From: Enterococcaceae bacterium
GTDB lineage: Bacteria > Bacillota > Bacilli > Lactobacillales > Catellicoccaceae
DNA length: 63,061 nt
NCBI GenBank assembly: GCA_030150665.1
Contig: JASLFJ010000029.1
Location: 1-63,061, forward strand
Direction: 5' to 3'
The notes below the pieces were generated by a model. The model saw only the letters and a list, made by a program, of their open reading frames with translations. It searched no databases and was not told the origin of the DNA. The position numbers and the translations under genes are program-made. Of this stretch, positions 43,831 through 53,067 are shown piece by piece (the first letter of the stretch is position 1; each line of letters begins with the position of its first letter).

Positions 43831-45903
43831 TTAGTCTTTAACAACTAACGCATCAACATCCATTAAGTCATTAATATAAGTCGCTAATGTTGATAACATC
43901 GCTAAACGATTGTTTCGAATAGCTTCTTCATCTACCATAACCATCGTCGTATCAAAATATTCATGAATGAGTTCTCTTAATGTCATTAAATTCATTAATT
44001 TTTGAGCAATCGTCTGCTCTTGATTGATTATCATTTGATTCATCGCATCATATAATTTTTGTTCTGCTTCTTGTTCAAAATACTTAGGATCAACTGGTGT
44101 AGCTGCTTCCTCTGCTTTTTTTGCCAGTTGCACAACACGAGTTAGTGCCTCAATAGTTGATCTAAAGGTATCCTCTTGACTGAACTCATTTAATAACCGA
44201 CTCACTTCAAAGATTTGCGTTAAATCCTCAGGATCTGCATTCAGTGAGGCTTCAATAATATCTCCTCGAACGCCTTGTAACATGAGATATTGTTTCATAC
44301 GCGCATATAAAAATTCTCGGAATATAGCACCCGGTGCCACTAATGTAACGCCATAGCGCTCTAAATCTTGATTAATGTGGTCAATAAATTGTGTTTGAAT
44401 CCGTGCTAACGGAAATTGCCAATCACGATCTGCTAAAATACGCACAATGCCAAACGCTTGACGTCTTAAAGCGTATGGATCATTAGATCCTGTTGGTAAA
44501 AGATCAACAGAAAAGAAGCTATATAATGTATCGAGACGATCTGCAATGGCAAGCGCTGCGCCAACATTAGATTGTGGTAATTTACCTTCACTACTTTTTG
44601 GTAAATAATGTTCACGAATAGCTTGTGCTACAGAAGTGCTACGTCCTTGATGTTTGGCATAAATCTCACCCATAATACCTTGAAGTTCTGGAAACTCATC
44701 TACCATATGCGTTACTAAATCAAATTTATAACACTGAGCTGCTTCATTAAGGGCAACACGTTCTTGTTCTGTCAGGCCAAAATAAGGAGCTAAAAGCTCT
44801 GCAAGATAAGTCACTCGCGCCATTTTTTGTGCCATCGATCCTAATTTTTCATGAAAGGCCACATCTTTTAACTTATCTAGTGCTGTTTGAATAGGTAATT
44901 TTAAATCTTCTTCATAAAAGAACATCGCATCTTCTAACCGTGCCGTCAATACTTTTTCATTACCTAAACGCACTTTATCTAAGTGCTTATCATTTCCATT
45001 GCGTACCGCAAAAAAGTGTGGCAATAACTGTCCACGTTCATCTCTAATTTCAAAATAACGTTGATGTTCTTTCATCGTTGTAATCAGTACTGGCTCAGGT
45101 AAGGTTAAGTATTTTTCTTTAAAGTGTCCAACAAAAACGGTTGGATACTCAACAAGTTGGGTCACTTCTTCTAATAATCCTTCATCTAAAGTCACTTTCC
45201 AATTGTTTTTTTCAACATAAGTATTAATTTGACGTAAAATCTCTTCTTTTCTCTCATCTGGATCAACCCATACAAAAACTGATTTCATCTGTGCTACATA
45301 TGTATTCGGTGCCTTAATTTCTACAGCATCTCCTAAAAAACGGTGTCCTTGAGAGATATTTCCAGAGCATACGTCAAACACTTGAAATGGTAACACGGTT
45401 TCATCAAGTAAAGCAACAACCCAATGCACCGGACGAATATAAGTAAATAAATGACTACCCCATCTCATAGAAACTGGGAAATTAAGATCCATCACAACTG
45501 AAGATAATCCTTGAAGCACTTCATCAGCTGATTTTCCTGGGATAAATTTTTCTAAGTGCACATAATCAACACCATTAACAGTTTCAAAAAAGATATCTTC
45601 TGTCGTCATTTTTTGACCACGAACAAATCCTTCAGCAGCCTTACTCCAAGAACCGTCCTCATTTAAAGCAATTGCTTTTGAAGGTCCTTTAACTTTTACC
45701 GTTTCATCTTCTTGTCCTTTATCTAATCCAGTAATCAAAACCCCAAAGCGTCGCGGTGTCGCAAATGCATCAATGTGTTCATAACCTAATCGATGCTCAG
45801 CTAAATAAGCAATTGTTTTCTCTTTTAATTGTTCCATCGTTGGCCGTACAACATGAGCGGGCATCTCTTCTAAACCGATTTCTAATAAAAATTGATGTTT
45901 CAT
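43831..45903 (-). CDS. glyS: Glycine--tRNA ligase beta subunit
   Basis: 690 aa with the N-terminus LLEIGLEEMPA and a position downstream of glyQ. Confidence 0.95.
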   Translation of the reverse strand: MKHQFLLEIGLEEMPAHVVRPTMEQLKEKTIAYLAEHRLGYEHIDAFATPRRFGVLITGLDKGQEDETVKVKGPSKAIALNEDGSWSKAAEGFVRGQKMTTEDIFFETVNGVDYVHLEKFIPGKSADEVLQGLSSVVMDLNFPVSMRWGSHLFTYIRPVHWVVALLDETVLPFQVFDVCSGNISQGHRFLGDAVEIKAPNTYVAQMKSVFVWVDPDERKEEILRQINTYVEKNNWKVTLDEGLLEEVTQLVEYPTVFVGHFKEKYLTLPEPVLITTMKEHQRYFEIRDERGQLLPHFFAVRNGNDKHLDKVRLGNEKVLTARLEDAMFFYEEDLKLPIQTALDKLKDVAFHEKLGSMAQKMARVTYLAELLAPYFGLTEQERVALNEAAQCYKFDLVTHMVDEFPELQGIMGEIYAKHQGRSTSVAQAIREHYLPKSSEGKLPQSNVGAALAIADRLDTLYSFFSVDLLPTGSNDPYALRRQAFGIVRILADRDWQFPLARIQTQFIDHINQDLERYGVTLVAPGAIFREFLYARMKQYLMLQGVRGDIIEASLNADPEDLTQIFEVSRLLNEFSQEDTFRSTIEALTRVVQLAKKAEEAATPVDPKYFEQEAEQKLYDAMNQMIINQEQTIAQKLMNLMTLRELIHEYFDTTMVMVDEEAIRNNRLAMLSTLATYINDLMDVDALVVKD

Positions 45904-45916
45904 TCTTCTACCCCTC

Positions 45917-46810
45917 CTAGACTTGATCTTCTTTTAATAAAGGAAATCCTAATTTTTCACGTTCAGATACAAATTGTTGTGCAACACGGCGAGCAAGATG
46001 ACGAATACGTGCTAAATAACCTGCACGCTCAGTTACCGATACAACACCTCTGGCATCCAATACATTAAAGGTATGGCTACATTTTAAAATATAATCATAA
46101 GCTGGGTGTACTAAACCTTGATCTAAACACTGAATAGCTGTCGTTTCATACGTTTGAAATAATTGAAGTAATACGTCTGGATCACTAACTTCAAAGGAAT
46201 ACACAGAATGTTCATATTCTGGTTGTTGGAAAATTTCTCCGTATTTTACCCCTTTAGTCCACTCAATATCATAAACATTATCTACCCCTTGTAAATAAGA
46301 GGCAAGACGTTCTAATCCGTATGTAATCTCAACCGTTGTAGGGTGGCACTCTAACCCACCCACTTGTTGAAAATACGTAAATTGTGTCACTTCCATACCA
46401 TCTAGCCAAACTTCCCAGCCTAAACCAGCACAACCCATCGATGGATTTTCCCAGTTATCTTCTACAAAACGGACATCGTGTGCTAATAGATCTAAACCTA
46501 ATACACGTAAACTTTCTAAATAACGCTCTTGAATATCAATCGGACTTGGTTTCATCACCACTTGAAACTGATGATGTTGATATAACCGATTGGGATTTTC
46601 TCCGTATCTACCATCAGCAGGACGTCTTGAAGGCTCTACATAAGCTGCATTCCAAGGCTCTGGTCCAATGGCACGTAAAAAAGTATAAGGACTCATCGTT
46701 CCAGCCCCTTTTTCTGTATCATAAGCTTGCATTAATACACAGCCTTGCTCTCCCCAATAACGTTGTAACGTTTGAATAATATCTTGAAATGTTAATCCTT
46801 GCTTCATCAC
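45917..46810 (-). CDS. glyQ: Glycine--tRNA ligase alpha subunit
   Basis: [19 protein letters not shown]...[20 protein letters not shown]. Confidence 0.96.
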   Translation of the reverse strand: MMKQGLTFQDIIQTLQRYWGEQGCVLMQAYDTEKGAGTMSPYTFLRAIGPEPWNAAYVEPSRRPADGRYGENPNRLYQHHQFQVVMKPSPIDIQERYLESLRVLGLDLLAHDVRFVEDNWENPSMGCAGLGWEVWLDGMEVTQFTYFQQVGGLECHPTTVEITYGLERLASYLQGVDNVYDIEWTKGVKYGEIFQQPEYEHSVYSFEVSDPDVLLQLFQTYETTAIQCLDQGLVHPAYDYILKCSHTFNVLDARGVVSVTERAGYLARIRHLARRVAQQFVSEREKLGFPLLKEDQV

Positions 46811-46825
46811 AACTCACTCCTTATT

Positions 46826-47046
46826 TTTTGGCATAAAAAAACCCTATGCCTATCCTAGAATAAGCATAGGGACGATAACATTATCGCGGTTCCACCCTAC
46901 TTTTAAGACACTTGTCTTAACTCTTCATTACACGCATTGCTCCAAAGTGCCAAATTTTATCCTCTTTTGCCCTAGCTTTCACCATCCTAGAGTCGCTATA
47001 TCTAAGATTAAGATAAAACCCTCTTTTTCATCGCAATCACTTATTT
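46826..47046 (-). ncRNA. T-box riboswitch leader (glycine, GGC specifier) controlling glyQS
   Basis: The minus strand reads TTGCGATGAAAAAGAG (stem I base), a specifier region AAAATTT-GGC-A, and the T-box GGGTGGAACCGCG (plus-strand 46885-46897, where UGGA matches the tRNA-Gly UCCA end). A terminator follows: CCCTATGC-loop-GCATAGGG (46842-46871) plus TTTTTTT. Confidence 0.9.
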
Positions 47047-47053
47047 TCTTATC

Positions 47054-47082
47054 ATAGTATCTTGATTTTTAAGCTTTGTCAA
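47054..47082 (-). promoter_or_regulatory. Promoter of the glyQS T-box leader
   Basis: The minus strand reads TTGACA (47077-47082), a 17-nt spacer and TACTAT (47054-47059). Confidence 0.65.
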
Positions 47083-47170
47083 GTAAAATTGTTCTCTTAG
47101 CATTGACGAATAAAAAAAGATCCGTTAAGGTTAATACATCAACGCTAGCAACTAAAAGGAGGTCTCTTTT

Positions 47171-48076
47171 ATGTGGTTTATTCCAGCACTTATTACAATT
47201 ATCTGTTGGGGGACTGCGGATTTATACTATAAAAAAGCGAATCCACCTCATGAAGCTTATAGTGCTATTAAAACGGTGATTTTAGTAGGTTGCATTATGG
47301 GACTGCACTTTTTAGGTTATTATATTCTTTATTTAGGTATCTCTTATGAAGCTATAAATTTTATCAAATACTTACCCGTCTCTTTAAGCTATATTATCTC
47401 TATGGCTATTGGTTATTGGGGGCTTAAATATATTGAACTTTCAATTGCCTCTCCCATCAGCAATGCTTCTGGAGCCGTTTCTGCACTGTTAACTTTTTTA
47501 ATTTTTGGTGCCACCATGAATCTCATTCAATTTAGTGCGATTTTAACGATCTCAATCTCTATTATCTTACTCGCCTTTATTGAACACCGACAAGAAGTCC
47601 CTGTATTAGAGATTTCAGATCAAGACGTCTTCAAATACCGCTTCGGCCCTTGGGCTATTTTACTGCCTATTTTATATTGTCTCATTGATGGATTAGGGAC
47701 CTTTTTAGATGGGTATTATTTAGAATTTGGACACGTCATGTCTGAAGATCAAGCAAATATGAGCTATGAATTAACCTTTTTCCTATTAGCACTGATTTTA
47801 TGGTTTTATCTTGAACGTGTGAAAAAACATCCAGTACGCATCTTTTATGAGCGCGAAAAAACACTCGCTGCCGTTTATGAAACGATCGGTCAATTTTTCT
47901 ATATTCAAGCAATTGCTAGCCGTGCTGTAATTGTTGCCCCTATGATTGCTTCATATAGTGTTGTTTCTGTACTACTTTCACGCATCTTTTTAAAAGAATA
48001 TTTATCAAAAATACAATATATTTTAATTACTCTTATTTTACTTGCGATATTTATTCTAGGATTTTATGATAGTTAA
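47171..48076 (+). CDS. DMT-superfamily (EamA/GlcU-like) 10-TM transporter
   Basis: 301-aa polytopic protein with two similar 5-TM halves. AAAGGAGG lies upstream of ATG 47171. Confidence 0.65.
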   Translation: MWFIPALITIICWGTADLYYKKANPPHEAYSAIKTVILVGCIMGLHFLGYYILYLGISYEAINFIKYLPVSLSYIISMAIGYWGLKYIELSIASPISNASGAVSALLTFLIFGATMNLIQFSAILTISISIILLAFIEHRQEVPVLEISDQDVFKYRFGPWAILLPILYCLIDGLGTFLDGYYLEFGHVMSEDQANMSYELTFFLLALILWFYLERVKKHPVRIFYEREKTLAAVYETIGQFFYIQAIASRAVIVAPMIASYSVVSVLLSRIFLKEYLSKIQYILITLILLAIFILGFYDS

Positions 48077-48091
48077 CGAAAGGATGATACG

Positions 48092-48364
48092 ATGGATCAA
48101 GCATTCAATCAAGCAAGACAAGATATTGAAACGATTGATGCAGCACTAATACAGCTGCTTATTGAGCGTTTCTTGCATATTGAAACGATTAAAAACTATA
48201 AACAAGAACATCATTTACCGATTTATTGTCCAAAGCGTGAACAACACCTATTAGATGAGCTTCATCAACAGTTAAAAAATAATCCTGCCAAACCTTATAT
48301 TACAGCAATCTATCAAGAACTGCTGACTCAATCAAAAAATTTCCAAAAACATTTTGATCAGTAA
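48092..48364 (+). CDS. Monofunctional chorismate mutase (AroQ class, 90 aa)
   Basis: RQDIETIDAALIQLLIERFLHIETIKNYK...PIYCPKREQHLL, a CM_2-type helical pattern. Confidence 0.75.
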   Translation: MDQAFNQARQDIETIDAALIQLLIERFLHIETIKNYKQEHHLPIYCPKREQHLLDELHQQLKNNPAKPYITAIYQELLTQSKNFQKHFDQ

Positions 48365-48367
48365 GGG

Positions 48368-48396
48368 TTGTATTTATCAAATATCTATGTTAATAT
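48368..48396 (+). promoter_or_regulatory. Probable csp promoter giving a 5' UTR of about 120 nt
   Basis: TTGTAT (48368-48373), a 17-nt spacer and TAATAT (48391-48396). Long leaders are typical of cold-shock genes. Confidence 0.4.
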
Positions 48397-48521
48397 AAAG
48401 AAAGTGATATTTGCGTTTTAAGTTTTAAAGAATTGAGTTATTTCATTTTTATAAAGTAATTCCTCTTTTTATCTTATCAACACAAAATATTGCAACTATT
48501 ATTCAATTGGAGGAACTACAC

Positions 48522-48722
48522 ATGCAAACAGGTACAGTAAAATGGTTTAACTCAGACAAAGGTTTTGGATTCATCACAATCGAAGAAGGAAATGACGTAT
48601 TCGCACATTTCTCACAAATCCAAGGTGAAGGATTTAAAACATTAGAAGAAGGTCAAACAGTAACGTTTGAAATCGAAGAAAGCGATCGCGGACCACAAGC
48701 GATTAACATCGTTAAAAACTAA
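48522..48722 (+). CDS. cspA: Cold-shock protein (CspA family)
   Basis: [18 protein letters not shown] (RNP1) and VFAHFS (RNP2). ATG 48522 follows GGAGGA, and the track's upstream TTG start is unlikely. Confidence 0.95.
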   Translation: MQTGTVKWFNSDKGFGFITIEEGNDVFAHFSQIQGEGFKTLEEGQTVTFEIEESDRGPQAINIVKN

Positions 48723-48738
48723 TTTTAATGACTAACTC

Positions 48739-48772
48739 AAACCACTATAAGTTCGCTTATAGTGGTTTTTTT
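48739..48772 (+). terminator. csp terminator
   Basis: AAACCACTATAAG-TTCG-CTTATAGTGGTTT followed by TTTTT. Confidence 0.9.
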
Positions 48773-48863
48773 ATGCTGTTTTGTCTAAAATAAGCGTTTA
48801 TTGATAAATTATGATAAAATAATGAACAGGAAAAAACACATTGTGTTAGAAAGGATGCTTCTT

Positions 48864-49325
48864 ATGACTTTTTATACCTATCATTATCTAGAATCGCAAA
48901 AAACCGTAGGGAGTTTTGTCAAATATGGTATTATCTTTGCTTTATTGATTATCTCAATTACCGCCTTTATTTTATATATGAGACATCGCTTACAGACAAA
49001 ATACCGCGATTTAACGATTATTACTTTTTTAATTTTATTATTTTTACTGATTGTCCAATTTTCAGACTACTCACAAGATCAAGCCAATCATCAAAATCTT
49101 TCACGCATGGCTTTTTTTATCCAACAAGTCGCTAAAGATAATGATATAGATCCTAATGATATTTTAGTTAACTCAACACGGTTTTCAGATGGAGTGATTT
49201 TAAATTTCAATCAACACTTTTACCGTGTTTCTTTAAGTAATGAACAAAATTTCTATCAATTAGAAGAAACGTATCTCATTCATGATAAAGTAACCATTAT
49301 CGATCAACCCGATACATCTCAATAA
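48864..49325 (+). CDS. DUF3290-like small membrane protein
   Basis: 2 TM segments plus a soluble C-terminus. I prefer ATG 48864 behind AAAGGA. It is paired with a DUF421 gene, as is commonly seen in Bacilli. The family call is from memory. Confidence 0.5.
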   Translation: MTFYTYHYLESQKTVGSFVKYGIIFALLIISITAFILYMRHRLQTKYRDLTIITFLILLFLLIVQFSDYSQDQANHQNLSRMAFFIQQVAKDNDIDPNDILVNSTRFSDGVILNFNQHFYRVSLSNEQNFYQLEETYLIHDKVTIIDQPDTSQ

Positions 49326-49341
49326 TATAAGGAGGATCTTT

Positions 49342-49980
49342 ATGCAGCTTTATACACCGGTGATTATTAAATTAGCCTTAGGCTTTTTATGTATTATTTT
49401 TCAAATTAATATTTTAGGAAAGAGTAATTTAGCACCTAGCTCTGCTATGGATCAAGTCCAAAACTATGTACTTGGGGGCATTATCGGTGGCGTGATTTAT
49501 AACGATAATATTTCAATTACCCAATTTGTCCTCGTCTTAATTATTTGGACTGTCCTTGTTCTTACAGTTAAATTTGCGAAAGAACATAATCATACAATTA
49601 AACACTTAATCGATGGTAAGCCTATTACTTTAATTCAAAATGGCATCCTTAATGTGCCCGAATGCTTAAAAAATGGAATTTCTGCCAATGAATTAATGTT
49701 TCAATTGCGCTCTGATGGTATTTATGAAATTAGTCAAGTCAAACGAGCCATTTTAGAACAAAATGGTCAGCTGACCATTATTTTATTTGGAGATGAAAAT
49801 GTAAGATATCCAATCATTGTCGATGGTCTTGAAAATTTCGATGTCTTAGACTTAATCCAAAAAGATGAACAGTGGTTATTAGAACAAGTACAAGCACAAG
49901 GCTTTAATTCCATTAATGATATTTATCTTGGAGAATATGTAACAGGAGAACTGATTTTATATCGCTATCCAGAGACTTAA
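49342..49980 (+). CDS. DUF421 (YetF-like) membrane protein
   Basis: 3 N-terminal TM segments and a C-terminus reading HLIDGKPITLIQNGILNVPECLKNGISANELMFQLRSDGIYEISQVKRAILEQNGQLTI. Confidence 0.65.
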   Translation: MQLYTPVIIKLALGFLCIIFQINILGKSNLAPSSAMDQVQNYVLGGIIGGVIYNDNISITQFVLVLIIWTVLVLTVKFAKEHNHTIKHLIDGKPITLIQNGILNVPECLKNGISANELMFQLRSDGIYEISQVKRAILEQNGQLTIILFGDENVRYPIIVDGLENFDVLDLIQKDEQWLLEQVQAQGFNSINDIYLGEYVTGELILYRYPET

Positions 49981-50096
49981 ACTAATACTAGGCTAAATGT
50001 GTAGTGGATGCTTAAGTACAGCGTTTTATCAAACTCTAATGAACTAAGCTATCTTCATAGTTTCTACGGTTAAGCACAAGGCTTCCTTGCAAAGAT

Positions 50097-50136
50097 AAAA
50101 AACACACAACGAAGTTTTCGTTGTGTGTTTTTTTAT
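50097..50136. terminator. Bidirectional terminator (DUF421 gene and the 798-aa gene converge here)
   Basis: AACACACAACGA-loop-TCGTTGTGTGTT flanked by AAAAA and TTTTTTT. Confidence 0.88.
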
Positions 50137-50140
50137 TTTT

Positions 50141-52537
50141 TTAAATAAATAACTGCATTGAGGCTGTCTCACTTGCACCTAAAAACGTAGCAACCCCACC
50201 ATAATCTACAAAATCAAACAGTTCTTCTTCTGTAATTCCCATCACATCCATACTCATCGTACATGCAATAAATTTCACACCTAATTGATGTGCTTGCCAA
50301 ATCATCTCAGGAAGGGGGGTGACGTGTTTTTCTTTCATAATTTGATTCATCATACGTCTTCCCATCCCTCCCATATTCATTGAAGACAGTGGTAATTTAG
50401 AAGCATTTTTAGGTAAAAAGATATCAAACATTTTCGCGAACCCTTTCTTTTTTACGGGTTGTTTTTTTAATGCACTCAGTCCCCAAAATGTAAAAAATAA
50501 GGTAACAGGTTTACCCATAGCAGCTGCTCCAGAGGCAATAATCATCGATGCTAAAACTTTATCCATATCTCCACTAAAGACAACCATCGTCACTCCATCT
50601 TGAAGATGAGATACTTCTGTTTGCACAGAAGCTACTTTAAAACCCCCTTTTTGTAGCCGAATACGCATCAACCCATCTGCTTCTGTCATTTCATAAACAC
50701 TATTTCCTGTTTTTTCCGCCCAAGCACACACATCGTGATAAAACCCAGCATCAGAAGATAAAACACAAATAGTCTCTCCTTCTTGAATCTTTTGCATCGT
50801 TTCATTGACTTGAATAATCGGTCCTGGACACTGCATCACAGTAGCATCAATTGTATATCGATCTTCAGTAACGACTTGCTTTACTGTTTCTTTCACCTTT
50901 TCCACTCCTTGATCTATATTTTGATGTGGCGCTACAACGGGAACGGGCCATACTGTTTTTATGCCTTGTTGATAGGTTTTAAAGCCACCTTCTAAATTCT
51001 TAGCAGTCAAGCCATAAGCTTGTAGTAAACGTACTGCACGGTATCCTCTTAACCCAACTTGACAGAAAACATAGATGATCTGATCTTTAGGTAGCTCCTG
51101 AATACGTTCACTTAACTCAGATAAGGGAATATGATGACTTGTGTTTATCGTTCCTTGTTCCACTTCTACGGCTTCTCGTACATCTAATAAATACGCATCT
51201 TCTGCAACTAAATGATCAACTTCTTGCCAAGAAAAGACAGGAATTTGTCCTGTTAACACAAGGTCACATATAGCACCTAACTGTTGAAGTGGATCTACCC
51301 ACTTTGTTTTTTGTGGATGATAAGCAAAATCAATCCCTTTAATGCTTGGTAACGTCTTCTGATAAGTCCGCAACATATTTAAAAGGTTCACACGCTCCCA
51401 AACACCTGTTTTCCCAATCACCTGCGCACCGAAACACATCCCTTGTGGATCCATAATCACTTTTAGCGCGATCGGATCTAATGAGCCGATGCCAGGATCT
51501 TGAAGTGTAGGATACGTATGAATAGCTTGATAATGATCTTGATCATCCTGATCAGCTAGCTCTGACTCTGGTATCCCAAAACTCGCTATTTCCAGATCAA
51601 AACACTGAAAATAAACAGGAGCCTCTGTTCCCTGTTCTGTATCAAGCGCCTCATCTAAACTTGTATCTTTTTCTAACACTTTATTCGTTAATGCCCAAAT
51701 CTTATGCATTAATGCATGAGGATGTCCTACGCTTTCTATAGGATAAATATGTAACTGTTCCAGTACATCTTGATCTTCACTGAGTGCTTTAGAAATACCT
51801 TGTGGATACACAAGCACCGGTGTTTCTTGATGGAGCACAATAACGTGATCAGCTGTTACTACGTGTCCGTCACTTAATATAAGTTCATGATCATTGATGA
51901 TATCTTGAATATGTTGATTTAACGATAAAGCAATCCCTTGTTGACTACATACCTCTTGAACTAAAGCAGCCATCTCTTGATCTAAAAGATTAGGGAAAAG
52001 GTGCGTCTGATCGGTAATGATATGAACAAAAGCCCCTTGCTTTACTAAATATTCAGCAAGCTGAACACTGATCGGACCGCCTCCTAAAATCACAACATCT
52101 CCTGTTATTTTAGCTAATTGCGCTTTTGATAACAAGACCTCGCTATCTGCATCCACCCATGTATCTGGATAGGCCAAATCAGGAAATAAGGCTTGTTTTT
52201 GTTGCTGATACGTTGCAATAAAAAGCCCATCATAAAAGAACACTTGATCATCTGCTAAATATAACTTTTGTGCTTTTGGATCAACAGTCACTTGATCTGT
52301 ATTATAAACAGAAATGCCTAATGCTTTTAGCTGATCAGGCCAAGTGACTGGCTTTTCTTCCCACATCACTCTTAACTCATCAAACCAATATGCTATATCT
52401 GGGGCTAAAGACATTGGCGCATTCCCATCATAAATGACGATCACCTCATCTAAAGGAGATAAACGCTTTAATCGTTTAGCAAGACTCACCGCTGGCATAT
52501 CTGATCCTAAAATAATCCATAATTTTTGTTTTTGCAT
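50141..52537 (-). CDS. Four-module sulfur-trafficking protein: CoADR-like pyridine-nucleotide-disulfide-oxidoreductase fold (apparently degenerate), rhodanese, TusA/SirA-like and DsrE/DrsE_2-like modules
   Basis: The N-terminus LWIILGSDMPAVSLAKRL sits where GxGxxG is expected, and MSLAPDIAYW sits where the CoADR motif SFANC(G/A)LPY is expected. A second Rossmann motif VVILGGGPISVQLAEYL is retained. The rhodanese loop is VFCQVGLRGYRAV, the TusA motif is MQCPGPII, and the DsrE-like C-terminus reads VVFSGDMDKV...FIACTMSMDVMG. Confidence 0.8.
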   Translation of the reverse strand: MQKQKLWIILGSDMPAVSLAKRLKRLSPLDEVIVIYDGNAPMSLAPDIAYWFDELRVMWEEKPVTWPDQLKALGISVYNTDQVTVDPKAQKLYLADDQVFFYDGLFIATYQQQKQALFPDLAYPDTWVDADSEVLLSKAQLAKITGDVVILGGGPISVQLAEYLVKQGAFVHIITDQTHLFPNLLDQEMAALVQEVCSQQGIALSLNQHIQDIINDHELILSDGHVVTADHVIVLHQETPVLVYPQGISKALSEDQDVLEQLHIYPIESVGHPHALMHKIWALTNKVLEKDTSLDEALDTEQGTEAPVYFQCFDLEIASFGIPESELADQDDQDHYQAIHTYPTLQDPGIGSLDPIALKVIMDPQGMCFGAQVIGKTGVWERVNLLNMLRTYQKTLPSIKGIDFAYHPQKTKWVDPLQQLGAICDLVLTGQIPVFSWQEVDHLVAEDAYLLDVREAVEVEQGTINTSHHIPLSELSERIQELPKDQIIYVFCQVGLRGYRAVRLLQAYGLTAKNLEGGFKTYQQGIKTVWPVPVVAPHQNIDQGVEKVKETVKQVVTEDRYTIDATVMQCPGPIIQVNETMQKIQEGETICVLSSDAGFYHDVCAWAEKTGNSVYEMTEADGLMRIRLQKGGFKVASVQTEVSHLQDGVTMVVFSGDMDKVLASMIIASGAAAMGKPVTLFFTFWGLSALKKQPVKKKGFAKMFDIFLPKNASKLPLSSMNMGGMGRRMMNQIMKEKHVTPLPEMIWQAHQLGVKFIACTMSMDVMGITEEELFDFVDYGGVATFLGASETASMQLFI

Positions 52538-52559
52538 ACTTCATCCTCCTTATTTTCTA

Positions 52560-52596
52560 CATGTTTAAATATACCCCCTATAAGTATATTCGTCAA
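52560..52596 (-). promoter_or_regulatory. Promoter of the 798-aa gene overlapped by operator copy 1
   Basis: The minus strand reads TTGACG (52591-52596), a 17-nt spacer and TATATT (52568-52573). The spacer and -10 consist of the inverted repeat AATATAC-N9-GTATATT (52568-52590) with the core ATACCCCCTATAAGTAT. Confidence 0.6.
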
Positions 52597-52679
52597 CTCC
52601 TACTATATGGTCATAATTATGATCTTCATAAAATAGAAATCCTTTAATATTATGATATTAATTTATATATGTGCTTCGC

Positions 52680-52726
52680 TTGACTTTTAACTTATTTCAT
52701 GTTTATATATACCCATACAAGGTATT
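52680..52726 (+). promoter_or_regulatory. Promoter of the rhd-coaPR-rhd operon overlapped by operator copy 2
   Basis: TTGACT (52680-52685), a 17-nt spacer and TTATAT (52703-52708). CATGTTTATATATACCCATACAAGGTATT (52698-52726) repeats CATGTTTAAATATACCCCCTATAAGTATATT (52560-52590). The core is ATACC-N7-GGTAT. Confidence 0.6.
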
Positions 52727-52743
52727 AAAAGGAGGCGATAATC

Positions 52744-53064
52744 CTGGTTTTTGGATGGTTCAGTGTACCGACATGTACTACTGAGGACTTAAAAGCAGCA
52801 TTAAAGAAAGATCCAAAATGTGTCTTAATTGACGTAAGAACACCGAGTGAATTTCGTCAAGGTCATATCAGACAAGCAAAAAATGTCCCATTAAATACAC
52901 TAACAGATGATAATGTGCCACAACATCAACCTGTTTATGTCATTTGTCAATCCGGGATGCGCAGTAAAAAAGCCGTACGCCAACTGAAAAAACAAGGTAT
53001 TTCAGCGATTCATGTCAAAGGTGGCATGCATCAATGGAATGGACCGACTCAAGGAGGAAAATAA
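52744..53064 (+). CDS. Single-domain rhodanese (RhdA-like) with no canonical start codon
   Basis: My own translation is (L)VFGWFSVPTCTTEDLKAALKKDPKCVLIDVRTPSEFRQGHIRQAKNVPLNTL...VYVICQSGMRSKKAVRQLKKQGISAIHVKGGMHQWNG. A strong AGGAGG lies at 52730-52735. Between the upstream stop (52726-52728) and residue ~60 the only in-frame candidates are ATA 52738, ATC 52741 and CTG 52744. The gene is absent from the ORF track. Confidence 0.6.
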   Translation: MVFGWFSVPTCTTEDLKAALKKDPKCVLIDVRTPSEFRQGHIRQAKNVPLNTLTDDNVPQHQPVYVICQSGMRSKKAVRQLKKQGISAIHVKGGMHQWNGPTQGGK

Positions 53065-53067
53065 ACA

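Noticed and set aside
47076-47279. 67-aa ORF spanning the glyQS promoter and the start of the DMT gene. Also the 61-aa minus-strand ORF at 42993-43178
   Set aside because: They overlap better-supported features (promoter, SD plus ATG of real genes) and have no SD of their own.
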